From Chiloscyllium plagiosum (lineage: Eukaryota), in NCBI RefSeq assembly GCF_004010195.1, contig NC_057720.1, positions 25,907,257 through 25,971,256 on the forward strand: a stretch of 64,000 nucleotides of DNA, read 5' to 3'. The notes beneath the pieces are model-generated. The model had not been told where the DNA came from, ran no database searches, and saw nothing but the letters and a program-made list of their open reading frames with translations. The translations under genes were made by a program, and so were the position numbers. Position 1 is the stretch's first letter. Each line of letters starts with the position of its first letter. Below are positions 1 to 12,849 of the stretch, in pieces.

Positions 1-765
1 CCACTAACAAGCCCATCACTTGTCCCGGTTAATTACCGAGTACCAAATCCAAAATGGCCTCCCCTCTGGTCGGACAATCTACATACTGAGTTAGAAAAGC
101 TTCCTGGACACACTGCGCAAACACCGCCCCATCCAATCTACTTGATCTAAAGAGCTTCCAATCAATATTTGGGAAGTTGAAATCGCTCATGACTACTACC
201 CTGCGGCTTCTGTACCTTTCCAAAATCGGTTTCCCAATCTGTTTCTCCACATCTCTGCTGCTATTGGTGGGCCTATAGTAAACACCCAAGGTGACTGCAC
301 CTTTCCTATTTCTGACTTCAGCCCATACTACCTCCAAAGGCAGATCCCCCTCGAACTGCCTTTCCCCCCCCCTCCTTTTTTACCACCCTCCCTAATCCTA
401 CTGAAACATCTGTAACCAGGAACCTCCAACAACCATTCCTGTCCCTCTTCTATCCACGTTTCCGTGATGGCCACAACATCGTAGTCCCAGTTACCGATTC
501 ACGCCTTAAGTTCACCCACCTTATTTCTGATACTCCTTGCATTGAAGTATACACACTTGAACCCATCTCTGTGTCCGCAACTATTCCCTGTCAATGCTAC
601 CTTCTTCACAGCCTCCCTACATTCTTGGACATCCTGACAAACAGCTAGCCTACTTGCTGGACTACAAGTCCGGATCCCATCCCTCTGCCAAATTAGTTTA
701 AACCCCCCCTGAAGATTGCTAGCAAACCTACCCCCCAGGATATTGGTGCCCTTCTGGTTCAGGTT
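1..765 (-). mobile_element. CR1 LINE fragment: end of ORF1 (esterase) and start of ORF2 APE endonuclease
   Basis: ORF 29..337 has GVYYRP, MSDFNFPNIDW and PTRGEAILDLVLGN, typical of CR1 APE; near 720-765 the minus strand reads NLNQKGTNILGGRFA, an ORF1 esterase C-terminus. Confidence 0.88.
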
Positions 766-2373
766 ATCTCCTGTTTAGATAATGGCAAAGTGGCAAGTTT
801 CCACTGATCCCCCAAATAGAGCTTCCAATCCATAACAGAGAGCGAACCTGCAGATATCTCTCACTATTAATTCTATTTGACATCATCTCTGCAGATGCTA
901 ATCATGTGATTTTGCAGGGACAGAACTAACAAAAGTTTGAAGTTGTGCTAGTGCTTATTTTGGATAGGTCAGAAATTGCCTGAGGGCTAAAATGATTTAT
1001 CTATGAAACTTGCAAAAAATACTAGCGAGAGGGGATTTGTTTTATTCTGCCTCTGGGGATATTCCCTTGATCTATTGTGCCATTGTTAAAATTACCTGTT
1101 CAAACCTGGTTTCCCATGCAGGGACTTGTTCATAAGTTGCTATGAAAGGTAACATGTTAAAGGTGCTTGTGAATGTTTCCTTTATTCAGTAACACCTAAT
1201 AAAGTTGTAAATATATTCTTTTGAAATAATAGCTGACTGGTTGCTGAGGAACATTGCAATATTACTAAAAAAGTGCTACAACTACTTGGTCTATGTCTTT
1301 GCTGCTTTATTGTCTTGAGCGAGAAGAAGCTATTAACTTGTTTGCACTTGTGTTTGCTGTCTGAAACCAAACAATTAAGTTCATCCTTATGATACATTTT
1401 TCATGTTCTTCAAACATGAGTTCACAATTCTGTCTAAAAACAAAATGCAACATTTCGGTTGCAGATATAATCCCCTCAGATGAAAGAAGTGTGAATGTTT
1501 TGCTGGTCATAAAAATAACATGTTAGACATAGGCAAGACAGGCAACCCTCAATGTCATCTGTGAAAGGACTGGACAAGTGAAGTCAACACATGCCTGAAA
1601 GGAGGAGAAAGGTATTGATACACAATAAAAGAAGAGGCGACTGGTAATTTGAATTTGTAGCAGAGTGGTGCATGTTCACATTCATTGACCTCTTCGTCCA
1701 AGAGCTGCTAACATTTGTAATTAAATGGACCATTTGCTAGACAGGTGATCAATGACAAAACAAAATCTTTCTGAAGCTGACAAATTTTGCCTTAACATCT
1801 CAAAATAATATACATTTGTGAAAGGTCTTTATTAGTTTCCTGATACACAAGTTGAAGATCAAAGATAAGGAAGGTGTCATTTCCATCTGTACTTTGAAAC
1901 TTTGTGTTATCCAATACATTTGAAGCCACAAAATAAACTAACTTCATGCATTCATTTGTTGGGCTGTTAATTAAGTTACTGTTGATTAGCTAACAGAAGC
2001 AAACACAGCTGTGTTTTGGAAAAGGCTGTACTGAACATGTAAATCTAATTAGTGTGGACATGGCTCAACAATATATTTGGAGATAGGAAATAATTAGACT
2101 TAATTCTTCCAATATCATAGCTGATGAAAGCTGGAATACTTCAAGACAAAGATAGTCACAATAGCAACTTTAAAAAAAATTGAGCAATGTTTCAAATTAT
2201 TTACCTAAATACCTATTGTATTTATATCCAGAGGGATCTGAAAGGGTCTACACCTGATTGAAAGCAATAAGCATCACCTCCTGTGAATGACATCTTGAGA
2301 ACTGGGAGAGAATAGAGTTGAAACTTGTGGGAGACAGGCTTAAGGCTGGATCCTCCTGATAATCTGTAAATAG

Positions 2374-2545
2374 TCAAGAGTGTAGTGCTGGAAAAGCACA
2401 GGTCAGGCAGCATCTGAGCAGGAGAGTCGATGTTTCAGGCATAAACCCTCTCCTGTTCCTTGGATGCTGCCTGACCTGCTGTGCTTTCCACCACCACACT
2501 CTCGACTCTGATCTCCAGCATCTGCAGTCCTCACTTTCTCCTAAG
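2374..2545. mobile_element. Short Penelope-derived inverted pLTR insertion with 10-bp TSD
   Basis: Antisense then sense copy of the PLE 3' end; CTGTAAATAG at 2364-2373 and 2546-2555. Confidence 0.85.
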
Positions 2546-2889
2546 CTGTAAATAGCTACACAAATGCAATAAACTACATTTTGCTTACTCAACAGTTTGA
2601 CCACAATGTTATAATCGTCCCACACAAGACCAAATAAGGCCATAAAAAAATTCACACACACTTAAATAAATTTGGAAGGCAGCACACAACACAGTAATCT
2701 CTCAGGGCAGTAGTGGATGTGTGGAGCCTTTATTCTGCTCAATGATTTCTGTGGAAATGTATGATATTTTCAGATCATTGAAAAAAGTTATACCACCTTT
2801 TTTCAAGCACACAGGGCAATTAATGCTCAAATTGGAAATGACATTAAGCTTCTATTAATGTCTAGGGCTGTGGTCATTTATGACAATAT

Positions 2890-3420
2890 TAGTGCTCATC
2901 ACTAACACCCTAGCTGCCCTTCAGAAGGTAGTGGTTACTTACTGAAACATTACAGTTTATTCTGTGATGGTGTTTCAGTGACATTAGTTGAATTAAAATC
3001 TTGAAATTTTCCATCTATGTTGACACAGAGGTTTTATTATATATTCAAAGTTAGGATGATGTGTGATTTAGACATCGTTTGGGGTTGGTGTTCCCATTCA
3101 TCTATCCTAGTAGGAAGAGGAGGAGATGAGGTAGATTTGAGAGGTACTGCTGAATAAATGCAAGATAACTCAACGTAATAATGGTAAAATTGGAAAGAGG
3201 GATGGGGGAGGGTGTTGAAGTGCAGGGAGTGGTTGTCTAAGATGATGGATGGAGTGTCATCAAGTGGATTGCTTTGTCCTGGATGATATTCAGCTTCAAG
3301 CATTACTACTGTCACAGCTATCCAGAAAGGGTAAAAATGTTCCATAACATGCCTGACTTGTGTCTTTTGGAAATCAGATAGTAATCTATTAGCCACAGAA
3401 TATCTAATCACTGCATTGAT
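2890..3420 (-). mobile_element. Degenerate 3' part of a CR1/L2-group LINE, probably the same family as 12850-13955
   Basis: GCTGCCCTTCAGAAGGTAGTGGT terminus and downstream sequence resemble the LINE tail also seen at 19070-19125; heavily mutated. Confidence 0.6.
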
Positions 3421-3661
3421 GAAAAGTGGGCTTGTGGAGAGCAACGGTAGCACAGCTCACTCCAGATCATAAGGTTGTCTGTTCAAGTTATGTTATGCTT
3501 GAAGAGATTTACTGTTTCTCAAACTTTTGAGGGCTTTTATGATACCATGGTAATGTCCCTACCTAAAGGTCTGGTTTCAAGTCCCACCTGTACAGGTTGG
3601 TAAAAATACTGCACTTGTCTTCTTCACAGACTTGACTATATTCCCAGTTTTTCCATTGGAT

Positions 3662-4006
3662 TAAGACAAAAACTAGCAGCAGAAATTAGGCCATTCAACC
3701 CATCGAGACTGCTCCACCATCAATCATGGATGATAAGCTTTTCAATCCCATTCTCTCACTTTTTCTCCATAAACGCTTGAGCCCCTTGACAATCTATCAA
3801 TCTCTGTCTAAAATATACAGAATGACCTGGCCTCCACAGCCTTCTGTGGCAATGAATTAGATTGATTCACCACTCTCTGGCTGAAGTTTCTCCTTATCTC
3901 CGTTCTGAAAGGTCTTCCCTATACTCTAAAGGCCCGAGTCCTCGTCTCCCCTGCCAATGGAAACATCTTTCCAACATCCAATCGGTCCAGACCATTCAGT
4001 ATTCTG
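3662..4006 (-). mobile_element. CR1 LINE 3' fragment
   Basis: GCAGAAATTAGGCCATTCAACCCATCGAG 3' UTR plus antisense ORF2 C-terminus (ACCACTCTCTGGCTGAAGTTTCTCC). Confidence 0.75.
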
Positions 4007-4593
4007 GATTGTGGATAGTGAGATGATGACCTCACATAAACCACAACTTTTGGCAAAGATGACTAGTTGTACTTACTCAAACTGTAGACAATTATCTGTT
4101 ACTACACTGTCTAGCACTTAAAATTGTGCTAACATCTCAAAATTCCCTCATTACATCACCCATGATAATAGTTGGGAGCCAGTCTACTTTGATTAAGTTG
4201 CTGCAGTAGGCACACAGAATGAGAAGAATATGGCATTGTAAAGTATAGAGATCACACAAACATTTTCCCCCAAGAGTTAGCCACAAACCTATGTTGTAGC
4301 AATTGCTCTTTCTCTGGATGTCTCCTAAAAATCAGTCAAATAGATATTTAGCATGTGCGCATTGAAATGATTGGACAATAGAGGCTATCACACTATGTAC
4401 ACTGTCCTCGAACCATGATATTTGTTAAATGAGCTATTGGCAACAACTCTTTCTGCAAGGATTCTGGTAAATCAAACTTTTATTCATTGAATACCAGAGT
4501 TCTTTCTAGTGCTAATTCATTGCAAACGTCACACTAAGACCATAGATATTCAGTATCCTTGACTTGATCACTTGTAGCCAGTCCTGTCAGAAT

Positions 4594-4766
4594 GCTGAAA
4601 ATGTGTTGCTGGAAAAGCGCAGCAGGTCAGGCAGCATCCAGGGGAGAATCGACGTTTCGGGCATAAGCCCTTCTTCAGGAATGAGGAAAGTTTGTCCAGC
4701 AGGCTAGATAAAAGGTAGGGAGGAGGGACTTGGAGGAGGGGTGTCAGAAATGTGATAGGCGGAAAG
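4594..4766 (-). mobile_element. Penelope-like element 3' end (pLTR) running into an assembly gap
   Basis: Same pLTR as the RT/GIY-YIG-bearing copies at 25980 and 47087. Confidence 0.85.
4651..4678 (-). ncRNA. Minimal type I hammerhead ribozyme core (PLE-associated)
   Basis: Minus strand CTGAAGA-A-GGGC-TTAT-GCCC-GAA-ACGT-C: CUGANGA, helix II, GAAA, palindromic ACGT helix III and GUC site. Confidence 0.75.
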
Positions 4767-5266
4767 NNNNNNNNNNNNNNNNNNNNNNNNNNNNNNNNNN
4801 NNNNNNNNNNNNNNNNNNNNNNNNNNNNNNNNNNNNNNNNNNNNNNNNNNNNNNNNNNNNNNNNNNNNNNNNNNNNNNNNNNNNNNNNNNNNNNNNNNNN
4901 NNNNNNNNNNNNNNNNNNNNNNNNNNNNNNNNNNNNNNNNNNNNNNNNNNNNNNNNNNNNNNNNNNNNNNNNNNNNNNNNNNNNNNNNNNNNNNNNNNNN
5001 NNNNNNNNNNNNNNNNNNNNNNNNNNNNNNNNNNNNNNNNNNNNNNNNNNNNNNNNNNNNNNNNNNNNNNNNNNNNNNNNNNNNNNNNNNNNNNNNNNNN
5101 NNNNNNNNNNNNNNNNNNNNNNNNNNNNNNNNNNNNNNNNNNNNNNNNNNNNNNNNNNNNNNNNNNNNNNNNNNNNNNNNNNNNNNNNNNNNNNNNNNNN
5201 NNNNNNNNNNNNNNNNNNNNNNNNNNNNNNNNNNNNNNNNNNNNNNNNNNNNNNNNNNNNNNNNNN
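4767..5266. other. Assembly gap (500 N)
   Basis: Run of N. Confidence 1.
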
Positions 5267-5677
5267 AACATAGTATGGAAAAATTCAATATATGCTTACT
5301 ACAGCCTGAGATATTATACTTCAGAGCCTGTACTAAAATGAAGCTATTTGTATAGCACTTCAATCAATGTGTCATGCTTCAAGTAGCCCCAATTAAGATC
5401 AAAATGGAGACTGTTAAACCCTTTAGTTACACATTATGAGACAATGGTAATATAATTAGCATGACTCTTCAAATTACATCGCATACATACTAACTATGAG
5501 ACATAACATAACACCTTCAGGATCTTTTATGTTTCAAATTTTCTAAACTTCAGTGGATACAAACCATTCCTCATAAGAACACCAACCCCATGATGATTCC
5601 AGTAAAGATTATCCTAACTTTCCCCAGTACCAGTATCAATCTCCATATCTCTGACATCAGTGTTTGAGCCATGTATT

Positions 5678-8600
5678 AGAACATAGAACAGAAAAGCACA
5701 GCACAGAACAGGCCCTTAGGCCCATGACGTTGTGCCGAGACTTAACCCTAATGTAAAATATAGTAAACTTAACCTACACACCCCTCAACTCACTGCTATC
5801 CATGTGCATGTCCAGCAGTCGCTTAAATGTCCCCAATGACTTCACTTCCACCACCATAGCTGGCAACACATTTCATGCATTCACAACTATCTGCGTAAAG
5901 AACCTACCTCTGATACCTCCTTTATACCTTCCTCCTAATATCTTCAAACTATGACTTCTCATATCAGTTAATCCTGCCCTGAGGAAAAGTCTCTAGCTAT
6001 TGACTCTATCTATTCCTCTCAATATTTTGAGCACCTTGATCAGGACTCCTTTCTTCCTTCTCTCCAGAGAGAAAAGTCCGAGCTTATTCAACCTTTCTTC
6101 ATAAGGCAAGCCCTCCAGTCCAGGCAGCATCCCACAATATTCCAAGTGTGGTCTCACCAGGGACTTGTAGAGCTGCAGTAAAACCTCACGGTTCTTTAAC
6201 AGGGGGATTGAGTTTATGAAAGCCAAAACACCATATGCCTTCTTACCAACCCTATCCACTTGGGTGACAACTTTGAGGGATGTACTTGCACACCCAGATC
6301 CCTCAGTTCCTCCATTCTGCCAAGAATCCTGTCTTTAATCCTATATTCAGCATTCGAGTTCGACCTTCCAAAATGAATCACTTTGCATTTATCCAGGTTG
6401 AACTCCATCTGCCATTTCTCAGCCCAGCTCTGCATTCTGTCTATGTTGCGCTGCAGCCTGCAGTAGCCCTCTATACTAATCAAAGACACCTCCAACCTTA
6501 GCGTCATCTGCAAATTTACTAACCCACCCCTCAAACTCCTCATCCAAGTCATTTACAAAAACTAAAAAGAGCAGAGGTCCAAGAACAGACCCCTGCGGGA
6601 TCCCACTCAACACTGACCTCCAGGCAGAATACTTTCCATCTACAACCACTCTCTGCCTTCTGTCAGCCAGCCAATTCTGAATCCAGATAGCCAAATCTCC
6701 CTGTACCCCATACCTCCTGACATTATGAATGAGCCTACCATGTGGAACCCTATCAAATGCCTTGCTGAAATCCATATACACCACATCTACTGCTCTATTG
6801 TCATCGACCTGTCTTGTCACCTCTTCAAAGAACTCAATAAGATTTGTGAGGCATGACCTGCCCCTCTCAAAGCCTGGCTGACTGCCTTTAATCACACTAT
6901 ACTTTTCCAAATAGTCATAAATCCTATCCCTCAGAATTTTTTCCACAACTTTGCTGACCACAGACTTAAGACTGGCTGGTCTGTAATTGCCAGGGATTTC
7001 CCTATTATCCTTCTTGAAAAGTGGAACATTCGCCTCCTTCCAATCCTCCGGTACGACTCCAGTGGAGAGTGAGGAGACAAATATCCTTGCCAGTGGCTTA
7101 GCAACCTTGTTTCTCGCTTCCCGGAGCAGCCAAGGATGAATCTGGTCTGACCCTGGGGACTTATCAATCTTAATGTTTCCAAACTTTCTAGCACATCAAC
7201 TTCATCAATCTTGATCTGGTCAAGACTGTATCCCAGCTCCTCTAAGTTTTCATTTACAAGAAGTTCCTTTCCTTGGTGAAAAACCAAAGCAAAAGACTCA
7301 TTTTGGGCTTCCCCTATCTGCTCAGACTCCACGCACAAGTTCCCTCCGCTATGCCTGATCAGCCCTACCTTTCAGGCATGAGCCCTCCCTGAAGAAGGAC
7401 TCATGCCCGAAACATCGATTCTCCTGTTCCTTGGATGCTGCCTGACCTGCTGCGCTTTTCCAGCAACACATTTTCAGCCATACCTTCTCCCTGAGCATTC
7501 TTATTGCTCATGTATGAGTAAAGTGCCTTTGGGTTCTCCCAAATACGTCTTGCCAAGCCTTTTATGTGCCCCCTCCTCAGTCCATTTCTGAGCTCCTTTC
7601 TATTAAGCCTGTAATTCTTTAAAGCTGTGCTAGATCCTTGCTTCCTCCACCTTACGTAAACTGCCTTCATTTTGACGAAAGTCCCTCTGTTCTCTGTCAT
7701 CCAAGGCTCCTTAATCTTACCCCTTATCTGGCTCAGAGGAAGAAATTTGTGCATCACTCGCAACAACTGCTCCTTAAATAGTCTCCACATGTCTGCTGTG
7801 CCCTTTCTGTGGAACAATTGTCCCAATCTGTACTTTCCAACTCCTGTTTGATAACGTCATAAATTTTCTTTTCCCCAATTAAATATCTTCCCTTGGTAAC
7901 TGCTCCTTTCACTCTCCAAGGCTATGCTAACGGTGAGGCAGTTGTGATCACTTTCACCAAAGTGCTCTCCCACCCAGAGATCTGACACCTGTCCTGGCTC
8001 ATTGCAGAGCACCAAATCCAAAATGGCCTCTCCCCTCGTCGGTTTTTCTACATACTGAGTAAGGAAACCCTCCTGAACACACCTGACAAAAATGGCACCA
8101 TCCAAACCATCTGCACTTAGGAGGTTCCAGTCGATATTGGGTAAGTTGAAATCACCCATAACAACAACCCTGCTACTTTTGCATTTTTCCAGAATCTGCC
8201 TGCCTATGAGATCAACAATCTCTCTACTGCTATTAGGTGGTCTGTAGAAAACCCCCAGTGCGGTGGCTGTTCCTAACTTCCACCCATACTGACTCAGTAG
8301 ACAAACGCTCCTCAACAATCTTCATTTCTGTAGCTGTGATGCACTCTCTGATTAGCAACGCTACACCCCCTCCTCTTTTTCCACCCTCCCTGTTCTTTTT
8401 AAACATTCTAAACCCTGGAACATCAAGCAACAATTCCTGCCTCTGTGAAACCCATGTCTCTGTTATGGCCACAACATCATAGCCCCAAGTACTGATCCAT
8501 GCTTTAAGTTAGTCACTCTTATTCCAGACACTCCTTGCATTAAAGCAGACACACTTTAACTGATCCCTATGTTTCATCGCGTGAGAAACCTTCCTGATAA

Positions 8601-9600
8601 ATTCAATATATTCTGTCACTGTCCCGTCTGCAACTAACTCCCTCTCAGACATGTGGCTCTGATTCCCATCCCGCTGCCAAACTAGTTTAAACCCTCCCAT
8701 ATCACAGGAGCAAATTTCCCACCCCGGACATTTGTACCCCTCCAGTTCAGGTGCAACTTGTCCTTCATGTACAACCTGTCCTTCATGTACATGTCCCACC
8801 TTCCTCAGAAGGCATCCCAATGGTCCAGGTATCTGAAGCCCTCCCTCCTGCACCAGCCTCGCAGCCACGTGTTAAGCTGCATTCGTTGACTGTTCCTCAT
8901 CTCACTATCTCATGGCACCGGTAGCAAACCTGAGATCACTACTCTATTCGTCCTGCTCTTCAGCTTCCAACCTAACTCTGTAGTCACTTTTCAGATCTTC
9001 AATCCCTTTCCTGGCTATATTATTGGTGCCAATATGTACCACGATTTCTGGCTGCTCACCCTTCCCCTTCAGAATCTTGTAAACCCGACCGGCGACATCC
9101 CAGACCCTGGCACCAGGGAGGCAACATACCATCCGGAAGTCCCGTTCCTAACCACAAAGCCTCCTGTAAATTCGTCTAACTATTGAGTCCCTTACCACTA
9201 GTGCTTTTCTATTTCCCCTCCCCCCTTCTGAGGGACAGTGCCAGAGACCTGTCAACTATGGCTTTCTCTGGTAGGCTGTCCCCATCAGCAGTATCCAAAA
9301 TGGTATACTTATTGCTGAGGGGAACGGCCACACGGGATCCCTGCTTTGACTGTCAGTTCCCTTTCCTCCCCCTGACTGTAACCCAGCCATCCTTATCCTG
9401 TATCTGGGGAGTGACCACCTCCCTGTACATCCTCTCAATTTCCCCCTCAGCCTCCCGAATGATCTGTAGTTCATCCAGCTCCTTAACTTGGTTTTTGAAG
9501 AGCTGGAGTTGGGTACACTTCCCACAGATGTAGTTGGCAGAGACATGTGGAGTGTCTCTCACCTGCCACATTCTGCAGAAGGATTCTTCTACCTGATCTG
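5678..9600 (-). mobile_element. Near full-length dead CR1 LINE (ORF1 zinc finger and esterase, ORF2 APE-RT, 3' tail)
   Basis: ORF1 pieces CRMW..YICGKC and CCLPGARV..VVHIGTNN; APE AITETW and MGDFNLPNIDW; RT YMDFSKAFD, GIPQGSVLGP and KFADD; (TTCTATG)-type tail at about 5680; many stops and frameshifts. Confidence 0.93.
7372..7473 (+). mobile_element. Short PLE pLTR/HHR insertion inside CR1 ORF2
   Basis: Degenerate HHR at 7389-7416 preceded by an inverted helix II; TSD TCAGCC(C/A)TACCTT at 7359-7371 and 7474-7486. Confidence 0.8.
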
Positions 9601-9629
9601 GTTTTCCACCGACACCAATTTGCATATTT

Positions 9630-9920
9630 GAAGAACTGCTTCCATACTTTCTAACACCCTTTTCGCATCCTGCTCATATCATTAGTGCCTGCATCGACCA
9701 TGGCAGCTAAGTCCTCCCCTCCCAATGCAACTTTCCCTCCAGCTTTGAGCCGATGTCTGATACCTTGACACCAGGCAGACAATACAACTGATTAGACTTT
9801 CAATCTTTACTGCAGCAAACTGTGTCAATTTTTCTGACTGTACTGTCTCCCAAAACCATTATATTTCTTTTTGCTTACCTAACTGAATGGCTTTCTATAC
9901 CATGTCAAGTTAGCTCATCC
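9630..9920 (-). mobile_element. CR1 ORF1 esterase fragment of a second subfamily
   Basis: Minus strand around 9755-9785 reads CLPGVKVSDI. Confidence 0.55.
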
Positions 9921-10261
9921 ATCTTACAGCACCCCCCCCCGCCCCGAGTCTTATTTAAGCAATGTCAAATTCTCATGGACAATTGCAAATCTGAGAATTC
10001 TCCAGCCTCACTTGTACCCAGAAACTCCTACCCCTGCAGCTATGACATATTACCTATCATGCTTTACTTACTGTGTTCCAATTAATGACCAAATTAAACA
10101 ATATGTTTACTCATTTTTTTTTTACATATTCCTTAATCTTATGGTCAGTTGAAGTACTATTTTGAATCTTAATAATAGAGTAAGCATTAGCCACTTACCA
10201 GATATTCACCAGAACAAAAACTGGATTCTTCTCGTTGACGAAAGTTAGAATCAATTTGTAG

Positions 10262-10541
10262 AGGCTCAGTGGTTAGCACTGCTGCCTGACAGCACCAGGG
10301 ACCTGGGTTCAATTCCAGCCTTGGGCAACTGCCTGCATGGAGTTTGCACATTCTCCCCACATCTGCATGGGTTTCCTCCAGTTGCTTCGGTTTCCTCCCA
10401 CAATCCAAGGATATGCATGCCCATAGTGTTCAGGTTAGAGGCATTCGTCAGAAGTCAATATAGGGGAGGGGTGCTTTTCAGAAGGCTGGAGTGGACATGT
10501 TGGATTGAAGGGCCTGTTTCAACACTGTAGGAATTCTATGA
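10262..10541 (+). mobile_element. tRNA-derived V-domain SINE (HE1-like)
   Basis: A box GGCTCAGTGGTTAGC, B box GGTTCAATTCC, V domain GGAGTTTGCACATTCTCCCC..GGGTTTCCTCC, CR1-like tail. Confidence 0.85.
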
Positions 10542-11419
10542 GATTTTTTTAAAAAGCCAAAAGTCACAGAGCACTTCTCTTATTTCCCCTAACCCCCTTA
10601 ATCGCCCAAACACAGCACTCAATTGTAAGATACTTCTGTTCCTACCACAAAAGTCTTAATGACCCTTTACAAAGGAATTAGTTTCAGCTGCTTCATTAAT
10701 TAAGTTCAATTGCTTTACCAGGAAAGATCTTGTTAAAACCATGCTTAGTAACTCAAGAATTCAAAGTGTAGAATGCCAAAATATGCAAAATTAAACTTGT
10801 TCAAAATACTTAGACTTCCTTACTCAAACTGCCAGTATTCAGTCTGAACTCTTCATTGAAAAAAAACTAAACGAACAGAATCAACTTCACTTCTTTTTCG
10901 ACAGGAAGGAACACTGATGCATGAAGGAAAATAATTCTGAGTGCATTGATTGGTTGCACAATTAGTCAGGCAAGAACAAGACTTCTCTGAGTTATTTGAC
11001 AGAGGGAGAAGGGAGTAACGTTCTGGATTTCCAGTGTGCATGTTGAAACAGGGAAGAGACATGTTTTGACAAGACCCTAGAAGCTTCACAAAATCCCTTC
11101 AAGCTTCCATTGTTTGGTGGGTCATGTGCTATTATGACAATGATCTCTTTCAAAGTTCCAGCTGCAGATAGAGGATTAAAAGGTCAGCAGAAATAAACAG
11201 CATTTCTAGAAGCTTTTTCCCCAAGCTGTTTGTATTTTGTTTCTGCTGCTGTTGAAGATCAATACACAAGCAACTGGTTACCCATGCTGCATCAGTGCTG
11301 TTCAAAATCCAAATGCACTGTCGAGAAATCTTTCCCTTAAAATTGTAACATACAGAGGCTGGGATGCTGGGGTCTACTCTTTAAATGCAGTATCTATTTA
11401 AGACCTTTTCAAAATAGGG

Positions 11420-11742
11420 TTGCTCAGTGGCTTAGTGGTTAGTACTGCTGCCTCCCAATGCTAGGGACCCGGGTTTGATTCCAGCCTCAGGTGACTGTCT
11501 GTACGGAGTTTGCGTATTCTCCCCATTTCCGCATGGGTTTCCTCCTGGTGCTCCAGTTTCCTCTACAATCCAAAGATGTGCAGGTCTAGTGGATTAGCCA
11601 TGCTACATTGCCCATAGTCTCCAGGGATGTGTAGGTTAGGCGTGTTTACCATGGGAAGTATAGGGTAGGGAGGATGGATCTGGATCTCTTCAGAGGGTCA
11701 GATTGGGCTGAATGGCCTGTTCCCACGCTACAGGGATTCTAT
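11420..11742 (+). mobile_element. V-domain SINE (HE1-like)
   Basis: Same head, V domain and GGGATTCTAT tail as 10262. Confidence 0.85.
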
Positions 11743-11874
11743 TTTAAAAATCTACTTAGACTCACATTTGGAGTTGTTTCATTATATCAGACCGATGCAG
11801 AGAAAGTATTTTGGGGAATGAGTACGTCCATGTAATTGGTACTTCCCTGAACTTCCAACAATTGTTTAAAAGCT

Positions 11875-12452
11875 GATGTATTTTGGGAAAGCAAATCTTA
11901 GCAGGATGTATACACTTAATGATAAGGTCCTAGGGAGTGTTGCTAAACAAAGAGACCTTGGAGTGCAGGTTCATAGATCCTTGAAACTGGAGTCGCAGGT
12001 AGATAGGATAGTGAAGAAGGCGTTTGGTATGCTTTCCTTTATAGTTCAGACTATTGAGTACAGGAGTTGGGAGGTCATGTTGCGGCTGTACAGGACATTG
12101 GTTAGGCCACTGTTGGAATATTGTGTGCAATTCTGATCTCCTTCCTGTTGTGAGTCCAGAAGTAGAGGGCATAGATTTAGGGTGAGAGGGGAAAGATATA
12201 AAAAGGACCTAAGGGGCAACATTTTCACGCAGAGGATGGTGCATGTGTGGAATGAGCTGCCAGAGGAAGTGGTGGAGGCTGGTACAATTGCAGGATTTAA
12301 AAGGCATCTGGATAGGTATATGAATAGAAAGGGTTTGGAAGGATATGGGCCGGGTGCTAGCAAGTGGGATTAGATTGGGTTGGGATATCTGGTCGGCATG
12401 GATGAGTTGGACCGAAGGGTCTGTTTCTGTGCTGTACATCTCTATGACTCTA
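11875..12452 (+). mobile_element. 5'-truncated CR1 with internal deletion
   Basis: RDLGVQVH..LVRPLLEYCVQF, then WNELPEEVVEAG; CTCTATGACTCTAT tail. Confidence 0.9.
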
Positions 12453-12849
12453 TAAATGGAACTATTTGTCTATAATTTTCCATTTGTTAATGTCAATTAC
12501 AAGCCATGATCATTTATCTATGGAGAAAACACTTTTAGGCTTTATCTTAATCTTGAATTGCTGTCTTAAGTGTTTATCCTAAATCAGAATTATTTGCATC
12601 AGAATTATCTGCAGAGACTCTTACACAGCACAGTCCTTCCATCTGCTTGTGCATTATTCATTGAAAATCTTCTGGTGCTCTACTGAACCTAAGCAGCAGG
12701 CTCTTCTAGCTCCACCATCATTGCTTTATGGTAGACTGATTAGAGTATTGTGTAGGCTGACTATTCATCAAGGTGCACCTGCCAAAATCCATTTGAAACA
12801 CTGAGAAATGAGACATTTCCACCATGTACACCATAGCCACAATTTCAAT

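Noticed and set aside
2374..2545. Hairpins as pre-miRNA, CRISPR repeats or MITE TIRs
   Set aside because: Arms are PLE pLTR sequence with long variable TSDs; there is no repeat-spacer array or fixed TIR
4704..5363. Long ORFs in the track here, at 26594-27578 and at 47478-48083
   Set aside because: Mostly X translated from N gaps, or antisense to PLE RT
10262..10325. tRNA-like sequence with A and B boxes (also 3450, 3545, 11420, 16435-16660, 55260)
   Set aside because: SINE heads, degenerate and followed by SINE bodies; no complete cloverleaf
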